Source: a bacterium
Lineage (GTDB): Bacteria > Krumholzibacteriota > Krumholzibacteriia > LZORAL124-64-63
Reading direction: 5' to 3'
DNA length: 15,651 nt
Assembly (NCBI GenBank): GCA_031441465.1
Contig: JANOEP010000057.1
Span: 1-15,651, forward strand
Numbering within the stretch: position 1 is the stretch's first letter; each line of letters begins with the position of its first letter. The position numbers and the translations under genes are program-made. Below, piece by piece: positions 15,511 to 15,651 of the stretch. The notes beneath the pieces are model-generated. The model searched no databases. It worked only from the letters and a program-made list of their open reading frames with translations, and was not told where the DNA came from.

Positions 15511-15651
15511 CTAGTGTCCTGTCCCAAGATTAACTATACTATATAGCGCCCCTGTTGTAGACTTCTCCCGAGGTCTTCCACAGGAGGTGCGATTATGCCA
15601 CGCGGTCGATCCGTAACACCCATCGTTCTGTCGGCCGACGAGCGTGAAGCG
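15511..15651 (+). mobile_element. Left end of a probable IS630-family insertion sequence (runs off window)
   Basis: CTAGTGTCCTGTCCC at 15511 resembles IS630-type termini at a (C)TA(G) target. It is followed by an AT-rich tract, an RBS and a transposase-like N-terminus. Confidence 0.7.
15595..15651 (+). CDS. 5' end of probable IS630-family transposase (partial)
   Basis: RBS AGGAGG, then MPRGRSVTPIVLSADEREA, resembling the GRxxxxlxLsxeER N-terminus typical of IS630 transposases. Only 19 codons are visible. Confidence 0.65.
   Translation, partial: MPRGRSVTPIVLSADEREA

Overview
High-GC bacterial window with five blocks. (1) 1-465: an apparent mosaic of unrelated gene fragments, ending in the N-terminal part of an ATP-dependent DNA ligase-like ORF joined in frame to the C-terminal part of a BMC-T shell protein. 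(2) ~448-3995 (+): a bacterial microcompartment (BMC) operon in the order BMC-T, BMC-H, BMC-P, acylating aldehyde dehydrogenase with encapsulation peptide, BMC-T, BMC-P, BMC-P. It resembles the Haliangium ochraceum-type BMC of unknown function, and no signature enzyme is in view. (3) 3997-7397: a lower-GC secreted orphan with a tandem repeat, a Cys-rich 2x[4Fe-4S] protein, a small lipoprotein, and a thrombospondin type-3 repeat protein ending in a WGxxKxxYR tail. (4) 7491-12483 (-): two paralogous PAS histidine kinases whose three PAS domains occur in permuted order, with no response regulator in the window. (5) 12609-15651: an ECF sigma / double-ZAS anti-sigma / LiaF-like membrane protein operon with a likely ECF promoter and terminator, a universal stress protein, and the left end of an IS630-family element. 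All family assignments come from motif recognition, not database searches.
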